Below are positions 16,562 through 26,965 of a stretch of DNA of 64,000 nucleotides, piece by piece. This DNA comes from Eubacteriales bacterium (GTDB taxonomy: Bacteria > Bacillota > Clostridia > Oscillospirales > CAG-382): assembly GCA_045538555.1 (NCBI GenBank), contig JAZSRP010000049.1:65476-129475 (forward strand), read 5' to 3'. Position numbers and translations under genes: made by a program. The notes beneath the pieces were generated by a model. The model did no database searches. It was not told the origin of the DNA and was given only the letters and a program-made list of their open reading frames with translations. The stretch's first letter is position 1, and every line of letters starts with the position of its first letter.

Positions 16562-18141
16562 TGACGGGCACTCTTACAAAAATTTATCTCACTCAGATAT
16601 TTTCTCGCATGCTTTACGGAAAAAGAAAGCACAAAACCGCCATGTCGGTTCTGCTTTGCTTTGCGGGCGTGTATCTTGTGCTTGCGGCGGGAATGATGTT
16701 CAATGAAATCTGCACCCCGCTGACAAAAGCGGGACTGGGCTGGTTTTATATTCTCATTGTGTCTGTGATCTCTTTGCTTGTGGGAGTTGTGGGGAGCGTA
16801 TTCTCTACATATTCCATGGTGTATCAGTCAAAGGATAACGAGCTTTTGTTTTCTATGCCCATCCCTCCGCAAAAAGTGGTTTTTGCACGGCTTGCGGGCG
16901 TGTATCTGGTAGGAACCTTGTATATGTCGTTGGTGATGCTTCCTGCACTTGCCGTGTATGTGTATACTGTGGGATTTACTGTAAAATCAGTGATTTTGGC
17001 TCTGCTTGCGGTGGCTTTTTTGTCGGTGATGGTGCTTGCGCTTACTTGCGTTTTGGGATTTGCGGTAGCTTTTGTTTCTTCAAAGCTGAGAACGAAAAAA
17101 ATCGTCACTGTTGTGGTTTCGTTGCTTCTTCTTGCGGGGTTTTATGTAATTTATTTTCGTATGATAGGAAAGATCGAAACGATTCTGATGGATGCTTCGA
17201 CCGTTGCCGGAAAAACAAAAACCACGCTGTATCCCTTTTATTTGTTGGGAAAAGGAACGAATGGCCACCTGCCGTCGCTTCTGGCGTTTGGCGGTATCTC
17301 TGTTGGCTTGTTTGCTGTTGTATATTTGTGTATGTCCCGGCTTTTGCTTGGCTTTGCCACGGCCAACAAGGGCGAAAAGAAAAAGAAATACACTCTCACT
17401 GCACAGTCATCCTCCGGTATCACCGCCACTTTGCTTTCAAAAGAATTTTCACGCTTTAAAGGCAGCGTTGCCTATATACTCAATGGCGGTCTGGGGCTTT
17501 TGCTGATGCTTTTTGTGTCAATTTTTGCTATTGTGAAAATGGGCGAGCTTTCACCGATGTTTTTGCTGCTGGCAGGTTCGGGCGACACACTCTCTGTGAT
17601 AGGTGCAACCATGACCATGATGCTTGCTTCCACAGTTTGCATTGCGGCTCCCTCTGTTTCGCTTGAGGGAAAGAGCATACTCGTTACCCGCACACTTCCT
17701 GTGGAGCCGTCAAGAATAATGATGGCAAAGCTGGGCTTACAGCTTATTCCGCAGGTCCCCGCTACGCTGTTTCTTGCGGCAACGCTTCAGTATTTTCTGG
17801 CACCCGATCTTTTGACGGGAATAGCAGCAGTTTTGATTTGTGTTGTTTTTGCAGTGTTTCATGCAGTGATTGGTCTGTTTTTTGGGGTTAGAATGCCAAA
17901 TTTTGACTGGACAAATGAAACTGTGGTAGTGAAACAAAGTGCTCCTGTGATGATATCAATGCTGGGCGGACTGGCTCTTGTGGCAGGATTTTGCGGAATA
18001 TATTTTGCCGTTGACGATTATGTTTCCGCAAACGTATATATGCTTTTGATTGCCCTCGTGTTTTCTGTATTGACAGTCCTTGCTCTGAGATGGATAAAAG
18101 GCAGGGGTGCGTCACGTTTTATGACCGAAGGCGAGCAGTGA
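16561..18141 (+). CDS. multi-pass membrane permease partner of the ABC ATPase
   Basis: ATGA overlap with the ATPase gene. 526 aa with more than 10 predicted TM helices. Confidence 0.7.
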   Translation: MTGTLTKIYLTQIFSRMLYGKRKHKTAMSVLLCFAGVYLVLAAGMMFNEICTPLTKAGLGWFYILIVSVISLLVGVVGSVFSTYSMVYQSKDNELLFSMPIPPQKVVFARLAGVYLVGTLYMSLVMLPALAVYVYTVGFTVKSVILALLAVAFLSVMVLALTCVLGFAVAFVSSKLRTKKIVTVVVSLLLLAGFYVIYFRMIGKIETILMDASTVAGKTKTTLYPFYLLGKGTNGHLPSLLAFGGISVGLFAVVYLCMSRLLLGFATANKGEKKKKYTLTAQSSSGITATLLSKEFSRFKGSVAYILNGGLGLLLMLFVSIFAIVKMGELSPMFLLLAGSGDTLSVIGATMTMMLASTVCIAAPSVSLEGKSILVTRTLPVEPSRIMMAKLGLQLIPQVPATLFLAATLQYFLAPDLLTGIAAVLICVVFAVFHAVIGLFFGVRMPNFDWTNETVVVKQSAPVMISMLGGLALVAGFCGIYFAVDDYVSANVYMLLIALVFSVLTVLALRWIKGRGASRFMTEGEQ

Positions 18142-18185
18142 TTGCTGAATTGTTTTTCGAAAAACAAAACAACCCAAAAGTATCG

Positions 18186-18229
18186 ATCCCCGCATCTTTT
18201 GTGTAAAACAAGGATGCGGGATTTTTTTA
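18186..18229 (+). terminator. intrinsic terminator
   Basis: CCCGCATC (18189-18196) pairs with GATGCGGG (18213-18220), then TTTTTTT. Confidence 0.8.
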
Positions 18230-18404
18230 TAAAAAATGTCGTGGCGCCGTGTTTTTTTTTAAAATATTTTTCGTTATGGGGTTGCAAAGTATATCTTTTG
18301 GTGGTATAATGATGTGTCTAAATATATGGTGCTATGCTATACGGTTTGGTTGCATGCGGGAGTGAACCGTTTTTCCGCAGGTCAACAAGGAGATTTTTCA
18401 CAGT

Positions 18405-19169
18405 ATGAACAATTCGGAAATCAAGACAAAAGAATATTATTCCATCGACCTGATCCATCTGGCAAAAAGTCTTTTGCGTCGGGCGTGGGTCATTGTTCTT
18501 TCGGCGCTGGTTGCCGCTGCGATCGGTTTTTCCGCAGCCACGTTTCTGATTGCGCCCAAGTATTCCTCCTCCATCATGCTTTACGTCAACAACAGCTCTG
18601 TGTCGCTGGGTGAGTTCAGCATCTCCTCCTCGGAGATCAGCGCGGCGCAGAGTCTGCTCAAAACATATATCGTCATGCTTCAGAATCGCACTACTCTCAA
18701 TCAAGTGATTGAGAAATCCGGAGTGGAGTATGATTACGAGCAGCTCAACCGTATGATAGATGCCAAGTCTGTGAACAACACAGAGGTTCTTCGGGTAACC
18801 GTGACCTCGGAGGATCCGTATGAGGCGGCAAATATTGCCAACTGCATTGCGGAGGTACTTCCTGTCAGGATTGCAGAGATCATCGAGGGAGCATCGATGG
18901 AAGTGGTTGATGCCGCCACCGTTGATCTCAAAAAGGTCTCTCCCAGTATCACAAAATATACGGCCATCGGGTTGATTGCCGGCGTTGTTTTGTCAGCAGC
19001 GGCTTTGGTATTGATTGCGGCATTTGACAAAACGGTTCACAATGAGGAGTATCTGCTCCGCACATATGATTATCCTATTCTCGCAAAGATCCCCAACCTT
19101 GTTGATACAAGCTCAAAGGGATACGGATATCGGTACTATCAAAAAAACAAGAATAATCCAAAAACTTGA
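18405..19169 (+). CDS. Wzz/CpsC-type polysaccharide chain-length determinant (tyrosine-kinase modulator)
   Basis: Two-TM topology and a Wzz-like N-terminus (IDLIHLAKSLLRRAWVIV...PKYSSS). Confidence 0.85.
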   Translation: MNNSEIKTKEYYSIDLIHLAKSLLRRAWVIVLSALVAAAIGFSAATFLIAPKYSSSIMLYVNNSSVSLGEFSISSSEISAAQSLLKTYIVMLQNRTTLNQVIEKSGVEYDYEQLNRMIDAKSVNNTEVLRVTVTSEDPYEAANIANCIAEVLPVRIAEIIEGASMEVVDAATVDLKKVSPSITKYTAIGLIAGVVLSAAALVLIAAFDKTVHNEEYLLRTYDYPILAKIPNLVDTSSKGYGYRYYQKNKNNPKT

Positions 19170-19217
19170 GCGCATTTTCAAAAATGAGATCGTGCTCGGA
19201 GTATCAAGAGTGCTTTT

Positions 19218-19949
19218 ATGAAAAACAACACCACAAATACTGCGGCAAACAGCAGCGCAAAGAAAACGCTGCACAAAAATCTTGAGTTTGCCGCATCCGA
19301 ACAATACAAGCTGCTGCGTGCCAATCTTGCGTTTACGATTCCGCAGGACGTCAAGTGCCCGATAATCGGTGTCACCAGTGCCATGCGCGGAGAGGGCAAG
19401 AGCACAACTTCTGTCAACCTTTCATACGTTCTGGCCGAAAACGGAAACCGTGTTCTCCTTATTGACGGGGATCTGCGCCTCCCATCCATTGCAAAAAAAA
19501 TGGGTATTCGCAATACGGGCGGATTGACGGACATTTTGATGGGCAACGGCGCACGCTTGGCGGACTATCGTTCCGCATTGTATGACAATTGGTATATTCT
19601 GCCTTCCGGTCCACTTCCTCCAAATCCATCGGAGCTGCTGTGCTCCGGCAGAATGGAATCGGTGCTGAAGGAGCTTTCGGAGAGCTTTGATTATATTATT
19701 ATTGATCTTCCTCCCGTAAACATTGTGTCCGACGCGGTTGCAGTGTCAAAGTTTATCACCGGGGTGCTTGTGGTTATCCGTGAGGATTATACCGAAAAAG
19801 CTGAGCTTGACGCTTGTTATCGCCAGCTGAAGCTGTCCAACGTAAAGGTTCTGGGCTGCGTTCTCAACGAGTCAAAAAACAACAGCGGCGCATACGGAAA
19901 ATACAAGCGCAAGTATTACAGATCCTACGACAATGACAGCAAGGACTGA
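19218..19949 (+). CDS. CpsD/CapB family tyrosine-protein kinase
   Basis: Walker A-like GEGKSTTSVNLS, the LLIDGDLRLP motif, and a Y-rich C-terminus (YGKYKRKYYRSY). Confidence 0.9.
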   Translation: MKNNTTNTAANSSAKKTLHKNLEFAASEQYKLLRANLAFTIPQDVKCPIIGVTSAMRGEGKSTTSVNLSYVLAENGNRVLLIDGDLRLPSIAKKMGIRNTGGLTDILMGNGARLADYRSALYDNWYILPSGPLPPNPSELLCSGRMESVLKELSESFDYIIIDLPPVNIVSDAVAVSKFITGVLVVIREDYTEKAELDACYRQLKLSNVKVLGCVLNESKNNSGAYGKYKRKYYRSYDNDSKD

Positions 19950-19959
19950 TTTTTGAGAT

Positions 19960-20658
19960 ATGCTGGATCTTCACAGCCACATATTGCCGTGTATGGATGA
20001 CGGCAGCCAAAGTGTTGACGAAAGCAGAGAAATGATTTTGGCTCTTGCCTCGCAGGGGATAGACACTGTTGCGGCAACTCCTCATTATTTTCCTCAGCGT
20101 GAGAGCGTTGATGAATTTTTGGACAGGAGAGCTGCTGCGTTTTCCAAGATCTCGGACTTGCAGACAGAGACGGGTGTTGCTGTGTTGCCGGGCGCTGAGG
20201 TGTGCTACTATGAGGGGATCTCCAGATTGTCCGATATTGAGCGCCTCTGTATTTCGGGAACCGACCTGTTGCTGTTGGAAATGCCTGCAACAGCTTGGAC
20301 GGAATACAAACTCAAAGAGCTGACGGAGATGGCATCCAGGGGTGACGTCACCATAGTACTGGCCCATATCGAGAGATACGTTGCTTACCAATCAAAAAGT
20401 GTTGTCCCCAGATTGCTCGACAGAGGCATTTTGCTTCAGATGAATTCATCTTATGTAGAGGATTTTTTCACAAGAAAAAAAGCGCTTTCAATGCTAAAAA
20501 ACGGTACAGTGTCATTTCTTGGCTCTGACTGCCACGATATGACGTACAGACGCCCCGCCATCGGAAAAAGTATTGAGATCATTGCAAAAAAACTGGGTGA
20601 TGGTTTTTTGGCAGATTTTGATTCATATACAAAAAGTTTTTTATCCCAAACATTGTAA
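19960..20658 (+). CDS. CpsB/YwqE-type PHP-family tyrosine-protein phosphatase
   Basis: N-terminus MLDLHSHILPCMDDG and later AHIERY and GSDCH motifs. Confidence 0.9.
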   Translation: MLDLHSHILPCMDDGSQSVDESREMILALASQGIDTVAATPHYFPQRESVDEFLDRRAAAFSKISDLQTETGVAVLPGAEVCYYEGISRLSDIERLCISGTDLLLLEMPATAWTEYKLKELTEMASRGDVTIVLAHIERYVAYQSKSVVPRLLDRGILLQMNSSYVEDFFTRKKALSMLKNGTVSFLGSDCHDMTYRRPAIGKSIEIIAKKLGDGFLADFDSYTKSFLSQTL

Positions 20659-20698
20659 ACAAATTCGAAAATATACAAAACCCGAAAGGAAACAAACC

Positions 20699-21385
20699 AT
20701 GAAAAAACTACTGACGATCGTACTTGCAGTTATTCTTACTGCATCCACCGCAATGGCAGTTTTTGCCGCTCCCGGTCTGTTTATCAACAGCCCTTCCGAG
20801 AACCCTGTACCTCAGCTTGTTGAGTACAGCAACGAGTCTCACGACTGCTTTGCAAAACTTGTTATCACTGCTTATATCAAGCGTGACACACTCCCTGATG
20901 ACAAGCGCGCTCTTATCGAAAAAGCATACGATGAAATCGTAAAATCAAAAGATCTGTCCGAGCTTACCTCCGATATCAAGGCATATGCAGAAAAAGCAGG
21001 AGTGCCTGTCAGCGCCCTTGCTGTCAGCGACCTGTTTGACGTCAGCTACTATGCATGTGAGCTGCACAACGAGCACGGAAAATTCTTTATCACTCTCAAA
21101 GCAGACACACTCAAAAACTTTGTGGGTCTTATGCACCTGTCCGAAAACGGCTGGGTTATGGTAGACGACGCCAAGGTTGACAGCAAGGAAGAGACGCTCA
21201 CCTTCTCTGCAGACGATCTTTCTCCTTTTGCTGTTGTTGTAAAAACTCAGGGCTCATCTGTTCCTACCGGCGACAACAGCGCAAACTGGATCTATTTTGT
21301 CATCATGATGATCTCTGCAACCGCACTTATCGTGATTGCAGTTGCACAGAAAAAGAAAAACGCACGCAAGACCTTTGTTGAATAA
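20699..21385 (+). CDS. secreted protein with C-terminal sorting-signal-like tail
   Basis: Trimmed to MKKLLTIVLAV (signal peptide). The tail is SVPTGDNS, a hydrophobic helix and KKKNARK. Confidence 0.75.
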   Translation: MKKLLTIVLAVILTASTAMAVFAAPGLFINSPSENPVPQLVEYSNESHDCFAKLVITAYIKRDTLPDDKRALIEKAYDEIVKSKDLSELTSDIKAYAEKAGVPVSALAVSDLFDVSYYACELHNEHGKFFITLKADTLKNFVGLMHLSENGWVMVDDAKVDSKEETLTFSADDLSPFAVVVKTQGSSVPTGDNSANWIYFVIMMISATALIVIAVAQKKKNARKTFVE

Positions 21386-21414
21386 ATAACAAAAAATTCT
21401 GGGAGGAACGGTGG

Positions 21415-22407
21415 ATGAACACTAAACACCAAAAAAAAGTTCCCCTCATGCAGATAATCGCCGTTGTTCTCTTGTTGGTCTTTTTGGTTTCGGCTGTACT
21501 CCTGTTTGTGAACCTGTGGGAGGGCAGTCACTCCGACTATGCGGGAGATGGCAGCGGGCCTTCAACGGATATCACTCACAACGGCAAAGAGTATACTCTC
21601 CGTACCGATATTGAGACATTTTTGGTCATGGGTCTCGACAAATTTGAGGGCGCATTGGATTCCGAATCGTTCAACAACAGCCACCAAGCGGATTTTGTGA
21701 TGTTGTTTGTGTTTGACAAAACCGCAAACAAATGCACCGCACTGCATATCAATCGTGATTCCATGGTTGACGTAAACATTTTGGGCGTGGCAGGTCAGCG
21801 GATCGATACGGTAAAAAAACAGCTTGCTCTTGCCTACAATCAGGGCAACGGAAAAGAAGTGAGCTGCCGCAATACCGTTGATTCGGTCTCAATGCTTTTA
21901 TCCGATATCAGGATCAACCACTACATTTCCGTGACCATGGATTCCGTGTCGGTTTTTAACGACATGGTGGGTGGTGTGGAGATCACCGTGCTGGATGATT
22001 TTTCTTCGGTAGACCCCACGTTGGTTCAGGGAGAGACGGTGACTCTGTCAGGTCCTCAGGCATTGAGATACGTGCGGAGCCGCAAGGACGTTGACGACAG
22101 CTCCAACCAGAGCCGTATGAAGCGTCAGCGCCAGTACCTCAAAGCTCTGTTTGAAAAAACAAAAGCAACTGCCCAAGATGATGACAGCTTTGTTGTGGAC
22201 GCTTGCGTTGAGATGTCTGACTATATTGTATCGGATTGTACGGTCAATCGTTTGCAGACGCTCATGGAGATGTTTTTGGCATATGAACTATCTGAGATCG
22301 TCTCTCTTGAGGGTGAGACAAAGATGGGCAGTCAGTTTATTGAGTTCTATCCCGATCCCGCATTTGTGAAACAGCTTGTGGTCGACCTGTTTTACAAAGA
22401 AAAATAG
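21415..22407 (+). CDS. LCP (LytR-CpsA-Psr) family glycopolymer transferase
   Basis: N-terminal TM helix, then FLVMGLD...QADFVMLFVFD...LHINRDSMV typical of the LCP domain. Confidence 0.9.
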   Translation: MNTKHQKKVPLMQIIAVVLLLVFLVSAVLLFVNLWEGSHSDYAGDGSGPSTDITHNGKEYTLRTDIETFLVMGLDKFEGALDSESFNNSHQADFVMLFVFDKTANKCTALHINRDSMVDVNILGVAGQRIDTVKKQLALAYNQGNGKEVSCRNTVDSVSMLLSDIRINHYISVTMDSVSVFNDMVGGVEITVLDDFSSVDPTLVQGETVTLSGPQALRYVRSRKDVDDSSNQSRMKRQRQYLKALFEKTKATAQDDDSFVVDACVEMSDYIVSDCTVNRLQTLMEMFLAYELSEIVSLEGETKMGSQFIEFYPDPAFVKQLVVDLFYKEK

Positions 22408-22446
22408 TGAATTCTGCGTTAAAAACCAACGTCAGTGTTTAGTAAA

Positions 22447-22484
22447 TAAAAAAACTACCCGATTCTGTTTCGGGTAGTTTTTTG
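22447..22484. terminator. bidirectional intrinsic terminator
   Basis: CTACCCG (22455-22461) pairs with CGGGTAG (22471-22477), with an A-run before and a T-run after. Confidence 0.85.
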
Positions 22485-22498
22485 CTGTGTGTGATAAT

Positions 22499-25168
22499 TT
22501 AATAAATCTTTATAAAAACTACTTTTGCCAGCGGTGATGCAGAATCAAAAACAAAGTTGTTTTCCCCGGGTATCAAGGAAACCTCACAAAAATGCGATTC
22601 TGTTTTACCTTCTGTGCCGCCCACCAAAAATCCGGCTGCGCTTTTTGTGCTGATGTAAAGTGTGATGGCGGTTTGCGTGAGTACCGGAGTGTCCGAGGCA
22701 ATCCCCACTTCCACAATTGCTCTCTCTCCTGCGGGTGAAACAAAAACTGCTTTTCCGTCTGTAACAGAAATAGTTGCTTTTGGCATAGAATTTTCTGTTT
22801 CTGCTTTGAGATCACGCTTGCCAACGCCCTGCTCCTGAGCCATGAAAGAAAGTGAATCAACAGCAAACTCCAAAAGGTGAACGGCGCATTGCTGGAGCTC
22901 ACCGACGGACAATTCGCCGCTTTTGAGCGCATGAGGGAGATTGTCCTCTCTGGAGGGTGCGTGAGGGCAAACCATGTATACGTCATTTTGGGCATGAACC
23001 ATAGCGGCAAGATTTGTGACAGATGCAGAGCCGTCTTCGCCGCTGACTCTTGCCCACCAGTCAGACATAACAAATCCGGAAAAACCAAAATCGTTTCTCA
23101 ACAGGCGTACCGTGAGATCGTAGTTTGAAGCTGCCCAGCGCCCGTTGACGGGGTTGTATGAGGTCATTACAGAACGGACAGGGCTTTCTCTGACGCAGAT
23201 CTCAAAAGGTTTTGCGTATATTTCTCTTATAGCACGCTCGCTGATGACAGAGTCGGCACCATGGCGGTCTGCCTCCTGGTTGTTGGCAAGAAAATGCTTC
23301 ACCGCACCGCTGACACCTGCCTCATCAAGTCCTCTGCAGATAGCGGCCGCCATTTTTCCCGAGAGAAGGGGATCCTCAGAAAAATATTCAAAATTGCGTC
23401 CGCACAAAGGAAATCTGTGAATATTTGTGCCGGGTCCCAGCAAAATATCAACGTTGTGGCTTGCCAGCTCGCATCCACACTCAAAATACATTTTCTGTGC
23501 AAGAGAGGTGTTGAATGAAGCAGCGATACATGTGGCGATGGGATAGGAAACACATTTTGCCTCGCTGACCATGCGAATTCCCGAAGGACCGTCAGTGCAG
23601 CAAAGGGTGGGAATCCCAAGTGCTTTTAGGGATGGTGTAACTCCGCAAAAGGCCGCTGCAGTTCCCGGTGTGACTTTGGGGCTGCTCATACCTTCGGCCC
23701 TCACCATGCAGATGAGATCATCATCGCTCATTCTTGCCACAATATCTCTCACTGTTGCCTCACCTCTTGCGACAGAGGCAAGGGTCAACCCGTCTTTTTC
23801 CACACGGGGTATCTCATCGGGAACAGGTTGAGATAGGGGCGGACGCTGAGGCACGGGGGCATATGTTCGGCTTTTGTTTGAGTTTTCAAGGCGTTCAAAA
23901 ACCTCGGTGGGAGCCAGAGCGCTTTCGCAGGTTTTTACGACCAGCTCTTCGTCGATAAAAAAGTCAAATTCCTCTGTGGCATCTCTTACGTTGTCGCCCA
24001 AAAGGACGTTATATTCTCCCGGCTCAAGAAGATAGGAGTATCTGCATCCCGTTGCTCCCGAGTCATCATATGAGGCGATATCAAGGTCGCAAAATTCCAT
24101 CACCGCAGTATAACTCTCTCCGGGTGAGAGAAGCGGTGTTTTGCAAAAATCCGCCAGTATGCGCGCGGGATTTCCGAGCTTTCCGCAGGGAGGAGCCACG
24201 TAGCACTGAAGCACAAATTTTCCGGTGACATCACCGACGTTTGTAACCACTGCCTGTACTTTTGTTTTTCCGTTTTTGCGATGAAAATCAATGAGACAGT
24301 ATTCAAATTGAGTGTATGAAAGTCCGTATCCAAACGGGTACAAGACTTTTTCCGGAGCAAAGGTGTAAAAATATCTGTATCCGACAAAAATATCTTCTTT
24401 ATAATAATTCTTGCCGGCTTTTCCGTAGTTTTCAAAAGCGGGATAATCGGACAGCTTTTCCGCAACAGTGTCCGGCATACGACCGCTGGGGGATACAACA
24501 CCCATGACAATGTTTGCGGCAGCGGCTCCGCCCATCATTCCGCCCTGCCACAGCAAGAGCATGGCATCGGGATTTGCGGCTCGGAGAAAAGAAAGATCAA
24601 TGATGCCGCATACGTTGAGCAAAATAACCAGACGGTCAAAACGAGAACGCAACAGGGTCACCGTTTGTTTTTCGGCGTCAGTCAGCTCAAATCCGCCTTT
24701 TCCTGCAGGGAGCTCGCAGTCTTCACCCGCAGTACGCGTGATGAGAAAGAAAGCAGTCTTGTTTCTCTCCGCAGCACGGGTCACAAAGCCCTCATCAAGA
24801 AACGGCTCCTGCTGACAGGAGGGAAGAGTCCAACCGTTTCCTTCATCAATGGGGAACTCATTGTTGTGATTGTTGTAAAAATCCTCAACCTCGTGGTCAA
24901 GCTTCAGTCCAAGTGAAGACAGACAGGTGAAAATATCAGGTGATTTTCTGACGTTGACATTGCCTCCCGAACCGGTACCGCTGATGAGATATTTTTTTTG
25001 CATTTTTCCAAAAAAAGCGACGTTGTCTCCTGCGGACAAGGGAAGCACGCCGTTGTTTTCAAGCAAAACAATGCCTTCCTCTGCGCCCTTTTGGGACAGA
25101 GCTTCGGCTTTTTCTTGGTCAAAGATCTTGTTTTTCAAAAGAAAATCAAAAGCATTTTTTGTATTCAT
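22499..25168 (-). CDS. glycoside hydrolase family 3 (beta-glucosidase-like), permuted domain order
   Basis: Trimmed to MNTKNAFDF with GAGGTG upstream. The KHFLANNQE and GFVMSDW (nucleophile Asp) barrel motifs lie in the C-terminal half. The alpha/beta-sandwich and Fn3-like parts lie in the N-terminal half. Confidence 0.9.
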   Translation of the reverse strand: MNTKNAFDFLLKNKIFDQEKAEALSQKGAEEGIVLLENNGVLPLSAGDNVAFFGKMQKKYLISGTGSGGNVNVRKSPDIFTCLSSLGLKLDHEVEDFYNNHNNEFPIDEGNGWTLPSCQQEPFLDEGFVTRAAERNKTAFFLITRTAGEDCELPAGKGGFELTDAEKQTVTLLRSRFDRLVILLNVCGIIDLSFLRAANPDAMLLLWQGGMMGGAAAANIVMGVVSPSGRMPDTVAEKLSDYPAFENYGKAGKNYYKEDIFVGYRYFYTFAPEKVLYPFGYGLSYTQFEYCLIDFHRKNGKTKVQAVVTNVGDVTGKFVLQCYVAPPCGKLGNPARILADFCKTPLLSPGESYTAVMEFCDLDIASYDDSGATGCRYSYLLEPGEYNVLLGDNVRDATEEFDFFIDEELVVKTCESALAPTEVFERLENSNKSRTYAPVPQRPPLSQPVPDEIPRVEKDGLTLASVARGEATVRDIVARMSDDDLICMVRAEGMSSPKVTPGTAAAFCGVTPSLKALGIPTLCCTDGPSGIRMVSEAKCVSYPIATCIAASFNTSLAQKMYFECGCELASHNVDILLGPGTNIHRFPLCGRNFEYFSEDPLLSGKMAAAICRGLDEAGVSGAVKHFLANNQEADRHGADSVISERAIREIYAKPFEICVRESPVRSVMTSYNPVNGRWAASNYDLTVRLLRNDFGFSGFVMSDWWARVSGEDGSASVTNLAAMVHAQNDVYMVCPHAPSREDNLPHALKSGELSVGELQQCAVHLLEFAVDSLSFMAQEQGVGKRDLKAETENSMPKATISVTDGKAVFVSPAGERAIVEVGIASDTPVLTQTAITLYISTKSAAGFLVGGTEGKTESHFCEVSLIPGENNFVFDSASPLAKVVFIKIY

Positions 25169-25230
25169 TCGATAACACCTCGCTTTTTTACATTTTATCA
25201 AAAAAATAAAGCTTGGTCAATAAAATTCGT

Positions 25231-25264
25231 GCAAAAAGAGCGCACCAAACATTTGGTGCGCTCT
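25231..25264 (-). terminator. intrinsic terminator
   Basis: GAGCGCACCA (25238-25247) pairs with TGGTGCGCTC (25254-25263). The minus strand has a T-run after the stem. Confidence 0.8.
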
Positions 25265-25272
25265 CGCAAATG

Positions 25273-26829
25273 TTATTTTTGTTTTTCCTCGTGATATTCC
25301 TTTTCGGTATTCACGTTCCACACGTTGTCCTTGCTCGTTTTGCCGGTCAAAATATTGTTGACCGCCTCAAAAGAGGTGCACATGCTGTGGTCGATGTTAT
25401 TGTATCTGTGCTGACCGTTTCGGCCCACACAGTACAGATTGGGTATGGTGTCCAGATAGTTGCGGAGCTTGTCCATGTGCTCATAGGTGTCAAAATAAGC
25501 GGGATATGCCTTTTTGACACGTTCTACGTGACTGTCCAAAACCTCGCTCTCGCTTCCGATGAGACCCATGACGGTCATTTCTTTGATTGCCATACGAGCA
25601 AATTCATCATCGGTCATGGACCACATCTCGTCGCCTTCATTGCAAAAATATTCAAGTCCGATCCATACGGTGCTGTCAATATCCTTGACCATATACGGCG
25701 ACCAGTTGTTGTAGATCTGAAAACGTCCCATCTTGACGTTTCTGTCATGAACGTATACCCAGTTGTCGGGGACGATGTTGCCAATGGTTTTTGTTTTTGT
25801 CTCATTTTTCAGCAAAAGCTTGGGAATCAGCACGCCGACTGTCATATAATCACGATAGGGCAGTCCCTTTGCGATGTCTGCAAATTCTGCGGGTACGTCA
25901 TTCATGCCGGCCACCAGATCCTTGACGGGCATAGAAGAAATGACAATGTCACCCTCCATCAGGTTTTCAACGCCGTCCTTTTCGTATACAACGCCGGTAA
26001 TATTGTTGGAGGAATCCTTGTTGAGCCGTACCACCTTTGCGTTTTTCAGGATAGTTCCGCCCATTGACACAAAATCCTGTGCAGTCAGCTCCCACAGCTG
26101 ACCGGGTCCGAGCTTGGGATAAGCAAACTCCTCTATCAACGATGTCTCTACCTTGCGGTTTTTTTTGTTAAACATTTTCCCAAAAATGTCCTTCAAAACC
26201 GCTTTGATAGAGAGTCCCTTTACGCGCTGTGCTCCCCATTCGGGAGAAATCTCGCTTGGGTGCCTGCCCCAAAGATTCTCTGTGTAGTTTTCAAAAAACA
26301 TTGAGTAGAGCTTTTTGCCAAACCTGTTGATATAAAAATCCTCAAGTGACTTTTCCTTGCGCTTGAAGATCGCACTTTTGAGATAACTGAATCCCACCAC
26401 GATGGTAGTTCCAAACCCCATGTTTTTGATAGTGTCAAATTTCAGCGATACAGGGTAATCAAAGAATTTGCTGTTAAAAAATATGCGTGACAGACGGTTG
26501 CGTCTGAGCATAACTCTGTCCTCGGTCTCGGGATCGGGTCCGTTTTCAAAAACCGTGGAGGTTCTGCCAAGCAATACGTCGTCGTATGGAAGCGCACCCT
26601 GTGCAGGGAGCATCTTTTCCCACCACAGGTTCACCTCCGGCACCTTGGAAAAGAATCTGTGACCGCCCATATCCATGCGGTTTCCCTTGTAGTTGACGGT
26701 GCGGGATATGCCGCCAAAGCAGTCACTCTCCTCCAGTACAACCACATCGTATTGATCGGATCTGCTCTTCAGTTCGTATGCGGCGGTAAGCCCTGCGGGA
26801 CCTGCGCCGATGATAATAATTTTTTTCAT
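25273..26829 (-). CDS. NAD(P)/FAD-dependent oxidoreductase (amine-oxidase / UDP-galactopyranose-mutase-like fold)
   Basis: Trimmed to [20 protein letters not shown], the dinucleotide-binding GxGxxG N-terminus. Confidence 0.8.
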   Translation of the reverse strand: MKKIIIIGAGPAGLTAAYELKSRSDQYDVVVLEESDCFGGISRTVNYKGNRMDMGGHRFFSKVPEVNLWWEKMLPAQGALPYDDVLLGRTSTVFENGPDPETEDRVMLRRNRLSRIFFNSKFFDYPVSLKFDTIKNMGFGTTIVVGFSYLKSAIFKRKEKSLEDFYINRFGKKLYSMFFENYTENLWGRHPSEISPEWGAQRVKGLSIKAVLKDIFGKMFNKKNRKVETSLIEEFAYPKLGPGQLWELTAQDFVSMGGTILKNAKVVRLNKDSSNNITGVVYEKDGVENLMEGDIVISSMPVKDLVAGMNDVPAEFADIAKGLPYRDYMTVGVLIPKLLLKNETKTKTIGNIVPDNWVYVHDRNVKMGRFQIYNNWSPYMVKDIDSTVWIGLEYFCNEGDEMWSMTDDEFARMAIKEMTVMGLIGSESEVLDSHVERVKKAYPAYFDTYEHMDKLRNYLDTIPNLYCVGRNGQHRYNNIDHSMCTSFEAVNNILTGKTSKDNVWNVNTEKEYHEEKQK

Positions 26830-26965
26830 CCAATTACAAGCAGGCGTCTGCCTGCAACCCCTTTCGACAAAAAGCGTATTGCCGTATCCAAGCTTTGAGT
26901 ATACTTGTATCATACCACAAAATGCGTGCAAAATCAACCCAATAAACTCCTGCGGAAAAAAGTAT

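Noticed and set aside
25213-26067. 284-aa plus-strand ORF
   Set aside because: It is antisense to the FAD-dependent oxidoreductase gene and has no recognisable motifs.
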